From contig NC_087437.1 of the NCBI RefSeq assembly GCF_036321535.1, positions 70,310,001 through 70,374,000 of the forward strand: a DNA stretch of 64,000 bases, written 5' to 3'. Positions 37,601 through 49,769 of the stretch are shown piece after piece; position 1 is the first letter of the stretch; each line of letters begins with the position of its first letter. The notes beneath the pieces were generated by a model. It saw only the letters and a program-made list of their open reading frames with translations, was not told where the DNA came from and ran no database searches. A program made the position numbers and the translations under genes. The stretch comes from Camelus dromedarius. Taxonomy: Eukaryota.

Positions 37601-37899
37601 CAGTGTGGAGAACAGTCTTGCCCATAGCAAGGTAAAGTTTTGTTATACGTGAATCAAAATGGTTTCTCTTGAAAGCTAATTCATAAACTACATTGGCAAG
37701 TATGAATGAGGGATGAGAGAAATATTTTTTCATAATACTTATAATGCCTATAAAGACCATTCCGATAATTGTGAGTAGCATGGTCAAGTTGTACATATCA
37801 GTTCTTAAATAGCTTTAACTTATTAATTTAAAGTCAACATGAGTTTTAGTTGAGACAAGGAAATAGGATTTCTTTAGAATACAAACCCTGATGCAGATG

Positions 37900-38400
37900 G
37901 CTCCATAATCACTGAGAATGTGACCCTTGCTCAACATCTGATGTGTTCTTTCATTTTGAGGGCAAGAAATTGATGCTACATTTCTAACATGCTGAAGAAT
38001 GAGTTAATTATCCAAGTTGAAACCTTCAACTTTTTAGGTTTGAATGATTGTTGAATCAGCACCTGATACATCCTGAAGGTAGTCCTCAATAAGAAGCTCA
38101 ATGACCTCGAGCTTAAGTTATTACAAGTAATCCAGAACTACCTGACAGAGCCACCTCTAATTTGCTACTAACCTGAAAGACCTAAGTCATGATTCTCTGA
38201 TCAGTTTAAAAAAGAAAAAACTGATTTCTGTGTAAAATTTTACTTGATCTATGGCTCAAACAGCTCATTGTTAGCCAGATATTTTGATGCAAGATTGCAA
38301 AAGATAGCAATTTTCCAACTGAAATTAGTGATCCATGTTTGTTGAGCTCACATCAAGTGATCTAACAGAAGTCAACAGTTTGAGAAATAGTCTTAGAATT
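37900..38400 (+). mobile_element. hAT (Charlie-like) transposase fossil
   Basis: Frameshifted peptides FFILR..EIDATFL and KKLNDLELKL(L)Q resemble the hAT motifs RFF.LR.EI..FL and LNELNLKLQG. Confidence 0.5.
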
Positions 38401-38794
38401 TTACAATATGAGAAGAAAGAGTAGAGAAAAAGATTCAGATCAGAATTTGAGTTTAGGGGGAAAATATGGAAGTGGTAGAGAAAAAGAAATGTCTCTATCC
38501 TGAAAAATTTTTCCTAATATTCTGAAAGGGAGGGTTAAATCCTGTACTCATATTCTCTTCCTCTCTTATTTGATTTTTCTTTTCCTGTTATAAAGCCCTC
38601 CCCTATTAGTGATGTTCTAAAGAATATATAGCTCTCTGAATTTGACTAAGTTGATCACATTTGGTTGCTTACCAGTTTTCTTTTCTTTTTTTTACATTTG
38701 AGAAAGTGTAAAGTCAGTGTATACAATTAAACTATGGGTGGACAAACTTCTTCTGTACAAATGTAGTTTTAGAAAGGTGTATTTTCTCTGTATT

Positions 38795-39221
38795 CTTTTT
38801 AATTTTTTTATTGAATTATCATTGATGTAAAATATTATACTAGTTTCAAGTGCACAACATAATGATTCAGTATTTTTATACATTACAAAATGATCACCAC
38901 AGTAAGTCTAGTTACCATCTGTCACTATACAGAGTTATAACAATATTATTGGTTGTATTCCCCATGTTGTACATTACATCTCTGTGGCTTACTCATTTTA
39001 TAGCTGGAAATTTGTATCCCTCAATCACCTTTACCTACTTCACCTATCTCCCCATTCTCTCCCCTCTGGCAACCACTAGTTCTCTGTATCTATGAATCTG
39101 TTTCTGTTTTGTTTTACTTTGTTTATTTTGTTGTTAAAATTCCACTATAAATGAAATCATATGGTATTTGTCTTTCTCTGTCTGACTTCAGTCAGCATAA
39201 TACACTCTAGGTCCATTCATT
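38795..39221 (-). mobile_element. L1 3' end (5'-truncated)
   Basis: T-rich tail then a 3'UTR homologous to 22895-23310. Possible short TSD tgtatt(c/t)ttt. Confidence 0.9.
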
Positions 39222-39799
39222 TGTATTTTTTAATGGACATAAATTTTATTTAATTCAAATAATAATAGCTGTATTATTTTATCATAAAAATCATGTATGC
39301 TTATTGCAGAAAATCCAGTCATTGCAAAAAAAATTATATACATTAAAGAAAAATCACCTCACTGTTTTAGTAGTATTATATATATACATATTTTAAATTT
39401 AAATACATATTTTTATATGTATGTATGTTTATATGTATATATAAATAAGATCATGTGCTAAATGTTTTGTATTTTTTGGAATTCTATATAGAGAAATTGA
39501 AGAATGTTCAGTATAATTAACTTCATGAATGGGGTTGATAAGTTCTCACAGGAAATTGAATGTTGGGTACCTTAGAGCTTTCTGTAGTCCTGTGTGTGAC
39601 ATGAGGATATTTCAGCGAGGGTAACATCAGAGGAAGCCCAAATACAACTTGCTACTTTTTTCCCTATTTTTCACAGATGTAGTACATCTCTTGCTGGGGT
39701 TGATGTTGAAAGAAGACTCTTCCTTCTTACTTACAGGCACTCAATTTCCCTTCTGTAGCTCTACTCATGCAGAATAGCAAGAGCTTTAATTGCAACAGC

Positions 39800-39920
39800 A
39801 CCAACAAGTGTTTGAGTGCATACTGTGTCACTGTTAATAGGTTCCTCACGATATCCACACAGTGTAATCATTATGTCCATTTTAGAGATGAGGAAACTGA
39901 GACTCATAGGTTAAAAGCAG
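39800..39920 (-). mobile_element. MIR SINE fragment
   Basis: attatgtccattttagagatgaggaaactgagactcataggttaa. Confidence 0.8.
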
Positions 39921-40045
39921 CTTGTATTTAATAACTTTGCCTAAATAGTTAACAACAACAACAAAAGCTATCCCAGGTATACTTTAAATTTGACACTGCC
40001 AGTTGTGATTTAATCAGTGAAGGGTAGGCTCTGGCATTCATATGT

Positions 40046-40046
40046 T

Positions 40047-40114
<68 letters not shown>

Positions 40115-40125
40115 AAGATTTTTAT

Positions 40126-40159
<34 letters not shown>
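40046..40159. repeat. (TTTA)n and (CA)n microsatellites at an L1 tail
   Basis: (TTTA) at about 40046-40092 and (CA) at about 40109-40159. Confidence 0.95.
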
Positions 40160-40182
<23 letters not shown>

Positions 40183-43100
40183 ATTCTTTATCCATTCACC
40201 TGTCGATGGGCACTTTGGTTGCTTCCATATCCTGGCAATTACAGATAATACCACTGTAAACATTGGAGTGCACATGTCTTTTCAGATTAGTGTTTTTGTT
40301 TCTTTTGGAAATATACCCAGAAGTAGAATTGCTGGGTCATATGTTAGTTCTATTTTTAGTTTTTTGAGAATCCTCCATACGCTTCCCACTGTGGCTCTAC
40401 CAATTTACATTCTCACCAACAGTGTACAAGGGTTCCTTTTTCTTCACATCCTCACCAACGTTTGTTATTCATAGTCTTCTTGATGATAGCCATTCTGACA
40501 GGTGTGAGGTGATATCTCATGGTAGTTTTGATCTGCATTTCCCTGATGATTAGGGATGTTGAGCATCTTTTCATGTTCCTGTTGGCTATGTGCTTTTCCT
40601 CTTTGGAAAAATGTCTTATTTAGTTCTTCTGTGCATTTTTTAATTGTGTTGTTTATTATTTTGATGTTGAGTTGTATGAGCTGTTTATGTATGTTGGATA
40701 TTAACCCCTTATTGGTCTTATCTTTTGCAAACATTTTCTTTTATTTGGTAGGTGGTCTTTTTGTTTTGTCAATTGTTTCCTTTGCTGTACAAAAGTTTTT
40801 AAGTTTAATCAGGTTCCATTTGTTTATTTTTTATTTTATTTCCTTTGCTTTAGGAGATCGATCAAAAAAATATTGCTACACTTTACGTCAAAGAGTGCCC
40901 TGAGTATGTTTTGCTCTAGGAGTTTTATAGCATCTGGTCTTACATTTAGGTCTTTAATCCGTTTTGAGTTTATTTTTATATACAGTGCTAGAGAATGTTC
41001 TACTTTCATTCTTTTACATGTGACTATTCAGTTTTCCCCCTTATTGAAGAGACTGTCTTTTCTCCATTGTATATTATTGCCTCCTTTATTGTGGATTAAT
41101 TGACTATAAGTGCATGGGTTTATTTCTGGGCTCTTTATCCTATTCCATTGATCTGTTTCTATTTTTGTGCCAATACTATACTTTACTGATTATTGTAGCT
41201 TTGTAGTATACAAAGTCAGGGAGTGTGATTCCTCTAGCTCTGTTCTTTCTCAAGATTGCTTTGGTTATTTAGGGTTTTTTGTGTTTCCATACAACTTTTA
41301 GAATTTTTTTTTAGTTCTGTGAAAAATGCCATTGGTACTTTGATAGAGATTACATTGAATCTATAGATTGCCTTGGGTTGTATGGGCATTTTAACAATTG
41401 TCTTCCAATCCAAGAACATGGTATATCTTTCCATTTCTTTGTGTTGTCTTCAATTTCTTTCATCAGTGTTTTATAATTTTCCAAGTACAGATCTTTTATC
41501 TCCTTAGGTGCGCTTATTCCTAGGTATTTTATTCTTTTTGACACAATAGTAAATGGGATTGTTCCTGTAATTTCTCTTTTGTAATAGCTTGTTGTTAGTG
41601 TATGGAAATGTAACAGATGTCTATGTTAATTTTGTATCCTGCATTTTTACCAAATTCATTGATGAGCTCTAGCAGTTTTCTGATGGTATTTGTAGGATTT
41701 TATATGTATAGTATAATGTCATATTCAAACAGTGAAAATTTTACTTCTTTCTTTCCAATTTGGATTTCTTTTATTTCTTTCTGTTCTCTGATTACTGTGG
41801 CTAGGACTTCCAAAACTATGTTGGATAAAAGTGGCAAAAGTGGGTATACAAACATTTAAAGAAGAGTTAACACCTGTCCTTTTCAAAGTATTCTCAAACA
41901 TTGCAGAGGAAGGAACACTTTTGAACTCATTCTATGAGGCCAGCATCACCCTGATACCAAAATCAGAGAAAGATATCACAAAAAAGAAAATTATAGGCCA
42001 ATATCACTGATGAACATAGATGCAAATATCTTCAACAAAATATTAGCAAATGAAATCCAGTGATACAGTAAAAGGATCATACACCATAATCAAGTGGGAT
42101 TTATCCCAGGGATGCAAGAATTTTTCAGTATCTGCAAACCAATCAGTGTGATACACTACATTAAGAAATTGAAGAATAAAAATCGTATAATCATCTCAAT
42201 AGATCTAGAAAAAGCTTTTGAAAAAATTCAGCATCCGTTTTTGATAAAAACTGTCCAAAAAGTGGACATAGAGGGAACATTCCCCAACATAATAAAGGCC
42301 ATATATGACAAACCCGCAGGTAACATCCTACTCTATGGTGAAAGGTGTTCATCCATTCTTCTTACAAGCTCATTGAGCATCTTTATGATCATTACCATGA
42401 ACTCATTATTTAGGTATATTGCTTATCTCTACTTCGTGTAGTTCTTCTGGAGTTTTGCTTTTTTTCCCTTCATTTGGAATATATTCCTCTGTCTCCTCAT
42501 TTTGTCTAACTGTCTGTGTTTATTTCCAGATATTAAGTAGGTTGGTTATATTTCCTGATATTGTAGATATGGCCTGTCTAGGAGATGTCCTGTGGGGCCA
42601 AATAGCATACTCCCCTCTGGTCACCAGAGCTATATGCTTTAGAGATGCCCCCCTGTGTGGACTGCATGGGCCTTTTTGTTGTGAGGTCACCTACTGTGGA
42701 AGTGCTGGTAGGCAACATGGTTCCCAGCTCATTTGGCTCCATGCCTTGCCACCTTCAGTGGCTGTCAGCCCAGTGATGGATGAGGCCAGGTCCTAGCTAG
42801 GCTGGAAGGCTTCACTGGGCCAGGGTTGATGCTGATCAGCTAGTGGGCATGGCCAGGGCCCAGCATATCTCACTCTAGGGCTGATGCCAGCCCACTGGTG
42901 GGTGGGCTGTGTCCCAGGGTGGTTGGCTGCCTGACCCAAGGGACCTGGGGCTAACTCCTGCCAGCTCATGGGTGGTTCCAGGTCCCAGGGTGGCTGCCTG
43001 CGGAGCCAGGGGGCAAAGGGTTGGTGGTGGCTTGCTGGTGGGCAGGTAAGCCCCAGTGCTAATAGGCCAAGTCCAAAATGACACTTGCTAGCACCAGGGT

Positions 43101-43699
43101 CCTCATGACAGAAAGAGCTCCCCCAAATGGCTGCCACCAGTGTCTGTGTCCTCACAGGGAGTCCCAGATGCCTCGTCCTTTCTGGGATGCTCTCCAATAT
43201 CAGCAAGTTTTTATGACCTAGGCTCCTTTCAAATTATTGCCTCTATGCGGGAATTTATAGCATGTGAGGTTTTCCACATGCCATGTAAGAGCAGAATCTC
43301 TGTTTCCTACAGCTTTCTGTTTCTCCTGTATACAAGCTTTTCTGACTTTCAAAGCCAGACATTCTGTGGGCTTATCTTCTCAGTGTGAAATCTCCAGGCC
43401 TGGGAGCCCAATGTGGGACTCAGACCTCTTGCTCCTTGTAGAGAACCTCTGCAATTGTGTTATCCTCCCGTTTTTGGGTCTCCTACTAGGGGGTGTGGGT
43501 CTTGACTATACCACCTGTCTCTCTACATTTCCTACTCACCTTGTTGTGGTTTCTTCTTTATCTCTCTAGTTGTGAAAAATCTTCTGCTAGTCTTCAGGTC
43601 ATTCTCATAGATAGTTGCTTTGTAAGTAGTTGTAATTTTGATGTGCCTGGGGAGGAGGTGAGCTCAGGGTCTTTCTACTGTGCCTTCTTGGCCACACCA
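40049..43699 (-). mobile_element. Rearranged LINE-1: minus ORF2 3' half, inverted plus ORF2 segment (41846-42343), minus ORF1 start and complete 5'UTR
   Basis: Minus ORFs 40465-41544 and plus ORF 42094-42441 (GFIPGMQ...IIISIDLEKAFEKIQHPF). The 5' terminus at about 43650-43695 resembles 50890-50945. Degenerate TSD at 40034-40048 / 43700-43714 (12/15). Confidence 0.9.
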
Positions 43700-44064
43700 G
43701 CATTGGTATGTTCTAAAATGTTCAGAATCATTCTTATGGTTAGCCACAATTAGAAATCACTGATGTAATGACCAAAGCAATTTCATTATATGCAGTTTTT
43801 AATATATTGCTATTAAATCCACAAACTAATATTATTTGGTTTAGCTGTCTGTTTTTTTTTAACATTTTTTATTGATTTATAATCATTTTACAATGTTGTG
43901 TCAAATTCCAGTGTTCAGCACAATTTTTCAGTCATTCATCGACATATACACACTCATTGTCACATTTTTTTCTCTGTGAGTTATCATAACATTTTGTGTA
44001 TATTTCCCTGTGCTATACAGTGTAATCTTGTTTATCTATTCTACAATTTTGAAATCCCAGTCTA

Positions 44065-44087
44065 TCCCTTCCCACCCTCCACCCCCC
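44065..44087 (-). other. G-rich tract of the L1 3'UTR (G-quadruplex motif)
   Basis: Minus strand GGGGGGTGGAGGGTGGGAAGGGA has four G3 runs. A G-rich polypurine tract is a known L1 3'UTR feature. Confidence 0.7.
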
Positions 44088-44185
44088 TAGTAACCACAAG
44101 TCTGTATTCTCTGTCTGTGAGTCTATTTCTGTCCTGTATTTACACTTTGTTTTTGTTTGTTTGTTTTTGTTTTTGTTTTTGTTTT

Positions 44186-47100
44186 TTAGATTCCACATAT
44201 GAGTGATCTCATATGGTATTTTTCTTTCTCTTTCTGGCTTACTTCACTTAGAATGACATTCTCCAGGAGCATCCATGTTGCTGCAAATGGCATTATGTTG
44301 TCGGTTTTTATGGCTGAGTAGTATTCCATTGTATAAATATACCACCTCTTCTTTATCCAGTCACCTGTTGATGGACATTTAGGCTGTTTCCATGTTTTGG
44401 CTATTGTAAATAGTGCTGCTATGAACATTGGGGTGCAGGTGTCATCCTGAAGTAGATTTCCTTCTGGATACAAGCCCAGGAGTGGGATTCCTGGGTCATA
44501 CGGTAAGTCTATTCCTAGTCTTTTGAGGAATCTCCACACTGTTTTCCATAGTGGCTGCACCAAACTGCATTCCCACCAGCAGTGTAGGAGGGTTCCCCTT
44601 TCTCCACAGCCTCTCCAGCATTTGTCATTTGTAGATTTTTGAATGACGGCCATTCTGACTGGTGTGAGGTGATACCTCATTGTAGTTTTGATTTGCATTT
44701 CTCTGATAATTAGTGATATGGAGCATTTTTTCATGTGCTTTTTGATCATTTGTATGTCTTCCTTGGAGAATTGCTAGTTTAGGTCTTCTGCCCATTTTTG
44801 GATTGGGTTGTTTATTTTTTTCTTATTGAGTCATATGAGCTGCTTATATATTCTGGAGATCAAGCCTTTGTCGGTTTCACTTGCAAAAATTTTCTCCCAT
44901 TCTGTAGGTTTTCTTCTTGTTTTACTTCTGGTTTCCTTTGCTGTGCAGAAGCTTGTAAGTTTCATCAGGTCCCATTTGTTTATTCTTGCTTTTATTTCTT
45001 CTAGGAGAAAATTTTTTAAATGTATGTCAGATAATGTTTTGCCTATGTTTTCCTCTAGGAGGTTTATTGTATCTTGTCTTATGTTTGTCTTTAATCCATT
45101 TTGAGTTGATTTTTGTATATGGTGTAAGGGAGTGTTCTAGCTTCATTGTTTTACATGCTGCTGTCCAGTTTTCCCAACACCATTTGCTGAAGAGACTGTC
45201 TTTATTCCATTGTATATTCTTGCCTCCTTTGTCGAAGATGAGTTGACCAAAAGTTTGCGGGTTCATTTCTGGGCTCTCTATTCTGTTCCATTGGTCTATA
45301 TGTCTGTTTTGGTACCAATACCATGCTGTCTTGATGACTGTAGCTCTATAGTATTGTCTGAAATCTGGGAGAGTTATTCCTCCAGCCTCTTTCTTTCTCT
45401 TCAGTAATGCTTTGGCAATTCTAGGTCTTTGATGGTTCCATATAAATTTTATTATGATTTGTTCTAGTTCTGTGAAATATGTCCTGGGTAATTGGATAGG
45501 GATTGCATTAAATCTGTAGATTGCCTTGGGCAGTGTGACCATTTTAACAATATTGATTCTTCCAATCCAAGAGCATGGAATATCTTTCCATTTTTTAAAG
45601 TCTTCTTTAATTTCCTTCATCAATGGTTTATAGTTTTCTGTGTATAATTCTTTCACCTCCTTGGTTAGATTTATTCCCATATATTTTATTACTTTGGGTG
45701 CTATTTTAAAGGGGATTGTTTCTTTACTTTCTTCTTCTGTTGATTTATCGTTAGTGTAAAGAAATGCAGCTGATTTTTGAACGTTAATTTTGTAACCTGC
45801 TACCTTGCTGAATTCTTCAATCAGCTCTAGTAGCTTTTGTGTGGACCTTTTAGGGTTTTCTATATATAGTAACATGTCATCAGCATATAATGACACTTTT
45901 ACCTCTTCTTTTCCAATTTGGATCCCTTTTATTTCTTTCTCTTGCCTGACTGCTGTGGCTAGGACTTCCAGGACTGTGTTGAATAGGAGTGGTGATAGTG
46001 GGCATCCTTGTCTTCTCCCAGATTTTAGTGGGAAGCTTTTGAGTTTTTCACCGTTGAGTACTATGCTGGCTGTAGGTTTGTCATATATAGCTTTTATTAT
46101 GTTGAGATATGTTCCCTCTATACCCACTTTGGCGAGAGTTTTTATCATAAATGGGTGTTGTATTTTATCAAATGCTTTTTCTGCATCGATTGAGATGATC
46201 ATGTGGTTTTTGTCCTTTCTCTTGTTGATGTGATGTACTACATGGATTGATTTGCGTATGTTGAACCAGCCTTGTGTCCCTGGGATGAACCCCACTTGGT
46301 CATGATGTATAATCTTTTTTATGTGTTGTTGGATTCTATTTGCTAAAATTTTGGTGAGGATTTTGGCGTCTATGTTCATCAGTGATACTGGCCTATAATT
46401 CTCTTTTTTTGTAGGGTCTTTGCCTGGTTTTGGTATCAGGGTGATGGTGGCTTCATAGAATGAGTTTGGGAGTATTCCCTCCTTTTCAATTGTCTGGAAG
46501 AGTTTGAGAAGGACTGGTATGAGTTCTTCTTTGTATGTTTGGTAGAATTCCCCGGTGAAGCCGTCCGGTCCTGGACTTTTATTTGTAGGGAGGTTTTTAA
46601 TTGCTATTTCTATTTCCTTTCTAGTGATTGGATTGTTCAAGTGTTCAGATTCTTCATGATTCAGTTTTGGTGGACAGTATGTTTCCAGAAACTTGTCCAT
46701 CTCCTCTAGGTTATCCAGTTTGGTTCCATATAGTTTTTCATAATATTCTCGTATGATATTCTGTATTTCTATTTTGTTCGTTGTAATTTCTCCATTTTCC
46801 TTTCTTATTTTGCTAATTTGTGCTCTCTCTTTTTTCTTCTTTGTGAGTTTGGCCAGAGGTTTGTCGATTTTATTTACTTTTTCAAAAAACCAGCTTTTGG
46901 TTTGGTTGATTTTTTCTATGGTCTTGTTAATCTCTATTGTATTTAATTCCTGTCTGATCTTTATTATTTCCTTCCTTCTGCTGCTTTTTGGGGCTTTTTG
47001 TTCTTCTTTTTCTAATTCATTCAGGTGGTGGGTTAAATTGTTTATTTGAGATTGTTCTTCTTTTTTGAGGAAGGCCTGTATCGCTATAAACTTCCCTCTT

Positions 47101-47977
47101 ATCACTGCCTTTGCTGTGTCCCATAGGTTTTGAGTGGTTGTGCTTTCATTATCATTTGTCTCAAGGTATTTTTTAATTTCAGCTTTGATTTCCTCATTGA
47201 TCCATTGTTTTTTCAATAACATATTGTTTAATCTCCATGCTTTCCTTTTTTTCTCCTTTGTTTCTCTGTTGTTGATTTCCAGTTTCATGGCATTGTGGTC
47301 AGTAAAGATGCTCGAGATAACTTCTATCTTCTTAAAATTGTTGAGGTTTCTTTTGTGCCCAAGTACATGATCGATCCTGGAAAATGTTCCATGTGCACTT
47401 GAAAAGAATGTATATCCTATTTTTTGGGGGTGTAATGCTCTGAAAATATCCACCAAATCTAGTTTTTCTATTGTAGTATTTAATTTCTCTGTTGCCTTGT
47501 TTATTTTCTGTCTGGAAGATCTGTCTAGTGATGTTAATGCAGTGTTAAAATCTCCAACTATGATTGTATTCCCATCAATATCCCCCTTTATCTCTGTTAG
47601 TAATTCTTGTATGTACTTAGGTGCTCCTATATTGGGTGCATATATATTAACGAGTGTAATATCCTCATCTTGTATCACTCCTTTAATCATTATAAAATGT
47701 CCTTCTTTTTCTTTATGGCCTTTGTTTTAAAGTCTATTTTGTCTGAGATCAGTACTGCAACACCTGCTTTTTTGGCTTTTCCATTTGCATGGAATATCCT
47801 TTTCCATCCTTTCACTCTCAATCTATATGTGTCCTTCTCCCTAAAGTGGGTCTCTTGTATGCAGCATATTGAAGGTTCTTGCTTTATTATCCAGTCTGCC
47901 ACTCTATGTCTTTTGACTGGAGCATTTAGTCCATTAACATTTACAGTAATTAATGATAGATGTGTGCTAATTGCCAT
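44186..47977 (-). pseudogene. L1 ORF2 (endonuclease/reverse transcriptase), disrupted
   Basis: EN motifs NVNG, QETH, GDFN, RID and [12 protein letters not shown] and YADD (45876-45887); C-terminal CWRGC...HCWWEC. Frameshifts at about 47707 and 45088, stops TGA (44831-44833) and TAG (44774-44776). Confidence 0.97.
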
Positions 47978-48381
47978 TTTGAACTTATCTTTGCAGTTGA
48001 ATTGGTATATCCTCTTTGTTCCTTTCTTCTTCCTTTTGTGCTTTGGTAATTTTCCTTTGTATTATCATGGATTTTATTTAATTTTTGTGACTCCTTTGTA
48101 AATTTTTGGCTTGTGGTTACCCTTTTTTGTAAATCTATCAACCCATTACTATAACTGTTTTTATTAAACTGATAGTAACATGATCTTAAACCCATCCTAC
48201 TGTTAAAAAAATTTAAAAAAGAAAGAAAAAAATATTCTATATTTCCCTGCCTCCCTCTCCCACTCTCAGTGATTTGTATGTCTTCTTTTATAATTTCATG
48301 TTTACTTTATTTGTAATTCATGAGTTATCACCTTTCCAGTTGTGTGTTTCTCATTTCTGTAGCATCCTGCTGCTTTTCTAT

Positions 48382-49274
48382 TTAGAATAACCCTTTCAGT
48401 ATTTCTTTTAGCATGGGTTTAGTGTTGCTAAACTCCTGCAGCTTTTTTTTGTCTGTGAAACTCTTTATTTCTCCTTCTATCCTAAAGGATAGCCTTGCTG
48501 GATAAAGGATCCTAGGCTGCATCTTTTTTTCATTCAGGGCTTTGAATATATCTTGCCACTCCTTTCTGGCCTGTAGTGTTTGTGTAGAGAAATCAGCTGA
48601 GAGCCTTATGGGGGTTCCCTTGTAACTTACTCTTTGCTTTTCTCTTGCTGCCTTTAGAATCATTTCTTTATCCTTGACTCTGGCCATCTTGATTATGATA
48701 TGTCTTGGTGTGGGTCTATTTGGGTTCTTCCTGTTTGGGACCCTCTGAGCTTCTTGTACTTGGATATCTAATTCCTTCTTTAAGTTTGGGAAGTTTTCAG
48801 TCATGATTTCTTCAAAAACCTTTTCAATCCCTTTTGATCTTTCTTCTTCTTCTGGGACCCCTATTATGTGAAGATTGGGACGCTTTATATTATCCCATAG
48901 GTCCCTTATGCTATTTTCATTATTTTTGATTTGCTTATCTTGTAGTTCTTCTGAATGGGTGGTTTCTATTGCCCTGTCTTCTAGATCACTAATTCGTTCC
49001 TCTGCATTATCTAGTCGGCTTTGCACAGCTATTAGATCATTCCTCATCTCTGTCAATGAGTTTACCCATTCTACTTTATAGCTTCAATTTCATTTTTGAC
49101 ATATTTTATATCTCTAAACACTATCTCTTTTAATTCCTTCAGCAATTCGATCACTCCTTTTTTGAAATCTTAATCTAGTAGGCTATCGATGTCTATTTTG
49201 TTGATCTTTCTTTCAGGGGATTTCTCTTGTTCTTTTAATTGGGAAAGGTTTTTCTGCTTCTTCATCTTGCTCAT
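48382..49274 (-). pseudogene. L1 ORF1 (RNA-binding chaperone), disrupted
   Basis: ATG at 49274 (MSKMKKQKN...), in-frame TAA at codon 35 (49170-49172) and a frameshift near 49074. The remainder is the 224-aa ORF with coiled coil, NL.IIGVPE, PRHII, AREK and YPARLS motifs. Confidence 0.95.
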
Positions 49275-49769
49275 ACCTCTTTGGCACTGTGGTTTATGGA
49301 GTATCAGTTGTTTATTTTGGTCCTTAAGTATTTTATCTATCTAATGCCTATTTAGGAATAGAACTTAGGAAAAAAAGAAAAAAAAATAAGAGAGAGAGAG
49401 AAAGAATTTTAAAAGAAGGGAGAAAGAGGGTTTGAAAACAGTGTATAATGAACAATAGAAGAGCGAGTTGAAGCAGAGTATTAATCGGGTTGAGACGTCC
49501 TTTTAAAACCTTTACAAAAAAAGGGGGGGGGGATGAATAGATGTATTTGAAACCTGTGTCTAATCAGTAACAGGACATCAAAACCCAAGAGAAATAGAAA
49601 TGAATTAAGAAGTAAAAATTAAGAGAGTAATAGAAAATAGAACAGGTAAAAACAGATTAAAAAAAAAAGGGGGGGGTTGTCGGTGTTCTCCTGGAGTCTG
49701 TGTGCTTTTAATGTGAAGTCTTTCTGTCTTCGTCCTGTTTTGGAAGCTCAGCTTGCTGTTTTCAGAGGC

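Noticed and set aside
25671..38657. Identical 17-mer TTTGACTAAGTTGATCA at 25671 and 38641
   Set aside because: About one such match is expected by chance in 64 kb of AT-rich DNA, and there is no flanking homology.
39655..39780. Strong acceptor ttttcacag| at about 39676 (similarly at 20826 and 19122)
   Set aside because: Isolated acceptors without a matching donor or poly(A) signal are common in T-rich introns.
42419..43753. Several 70-137 aa ORFs on both strands
   Set aside because: Chance frames in the GC-richer 5'UTR of an old L1.
45210..48101. Plus-strand hydrophobic ORFs (up to 164 aa)
   Set aside because: Antisense shadows of A-rich L1 ORF2, not membrane-protein genes.
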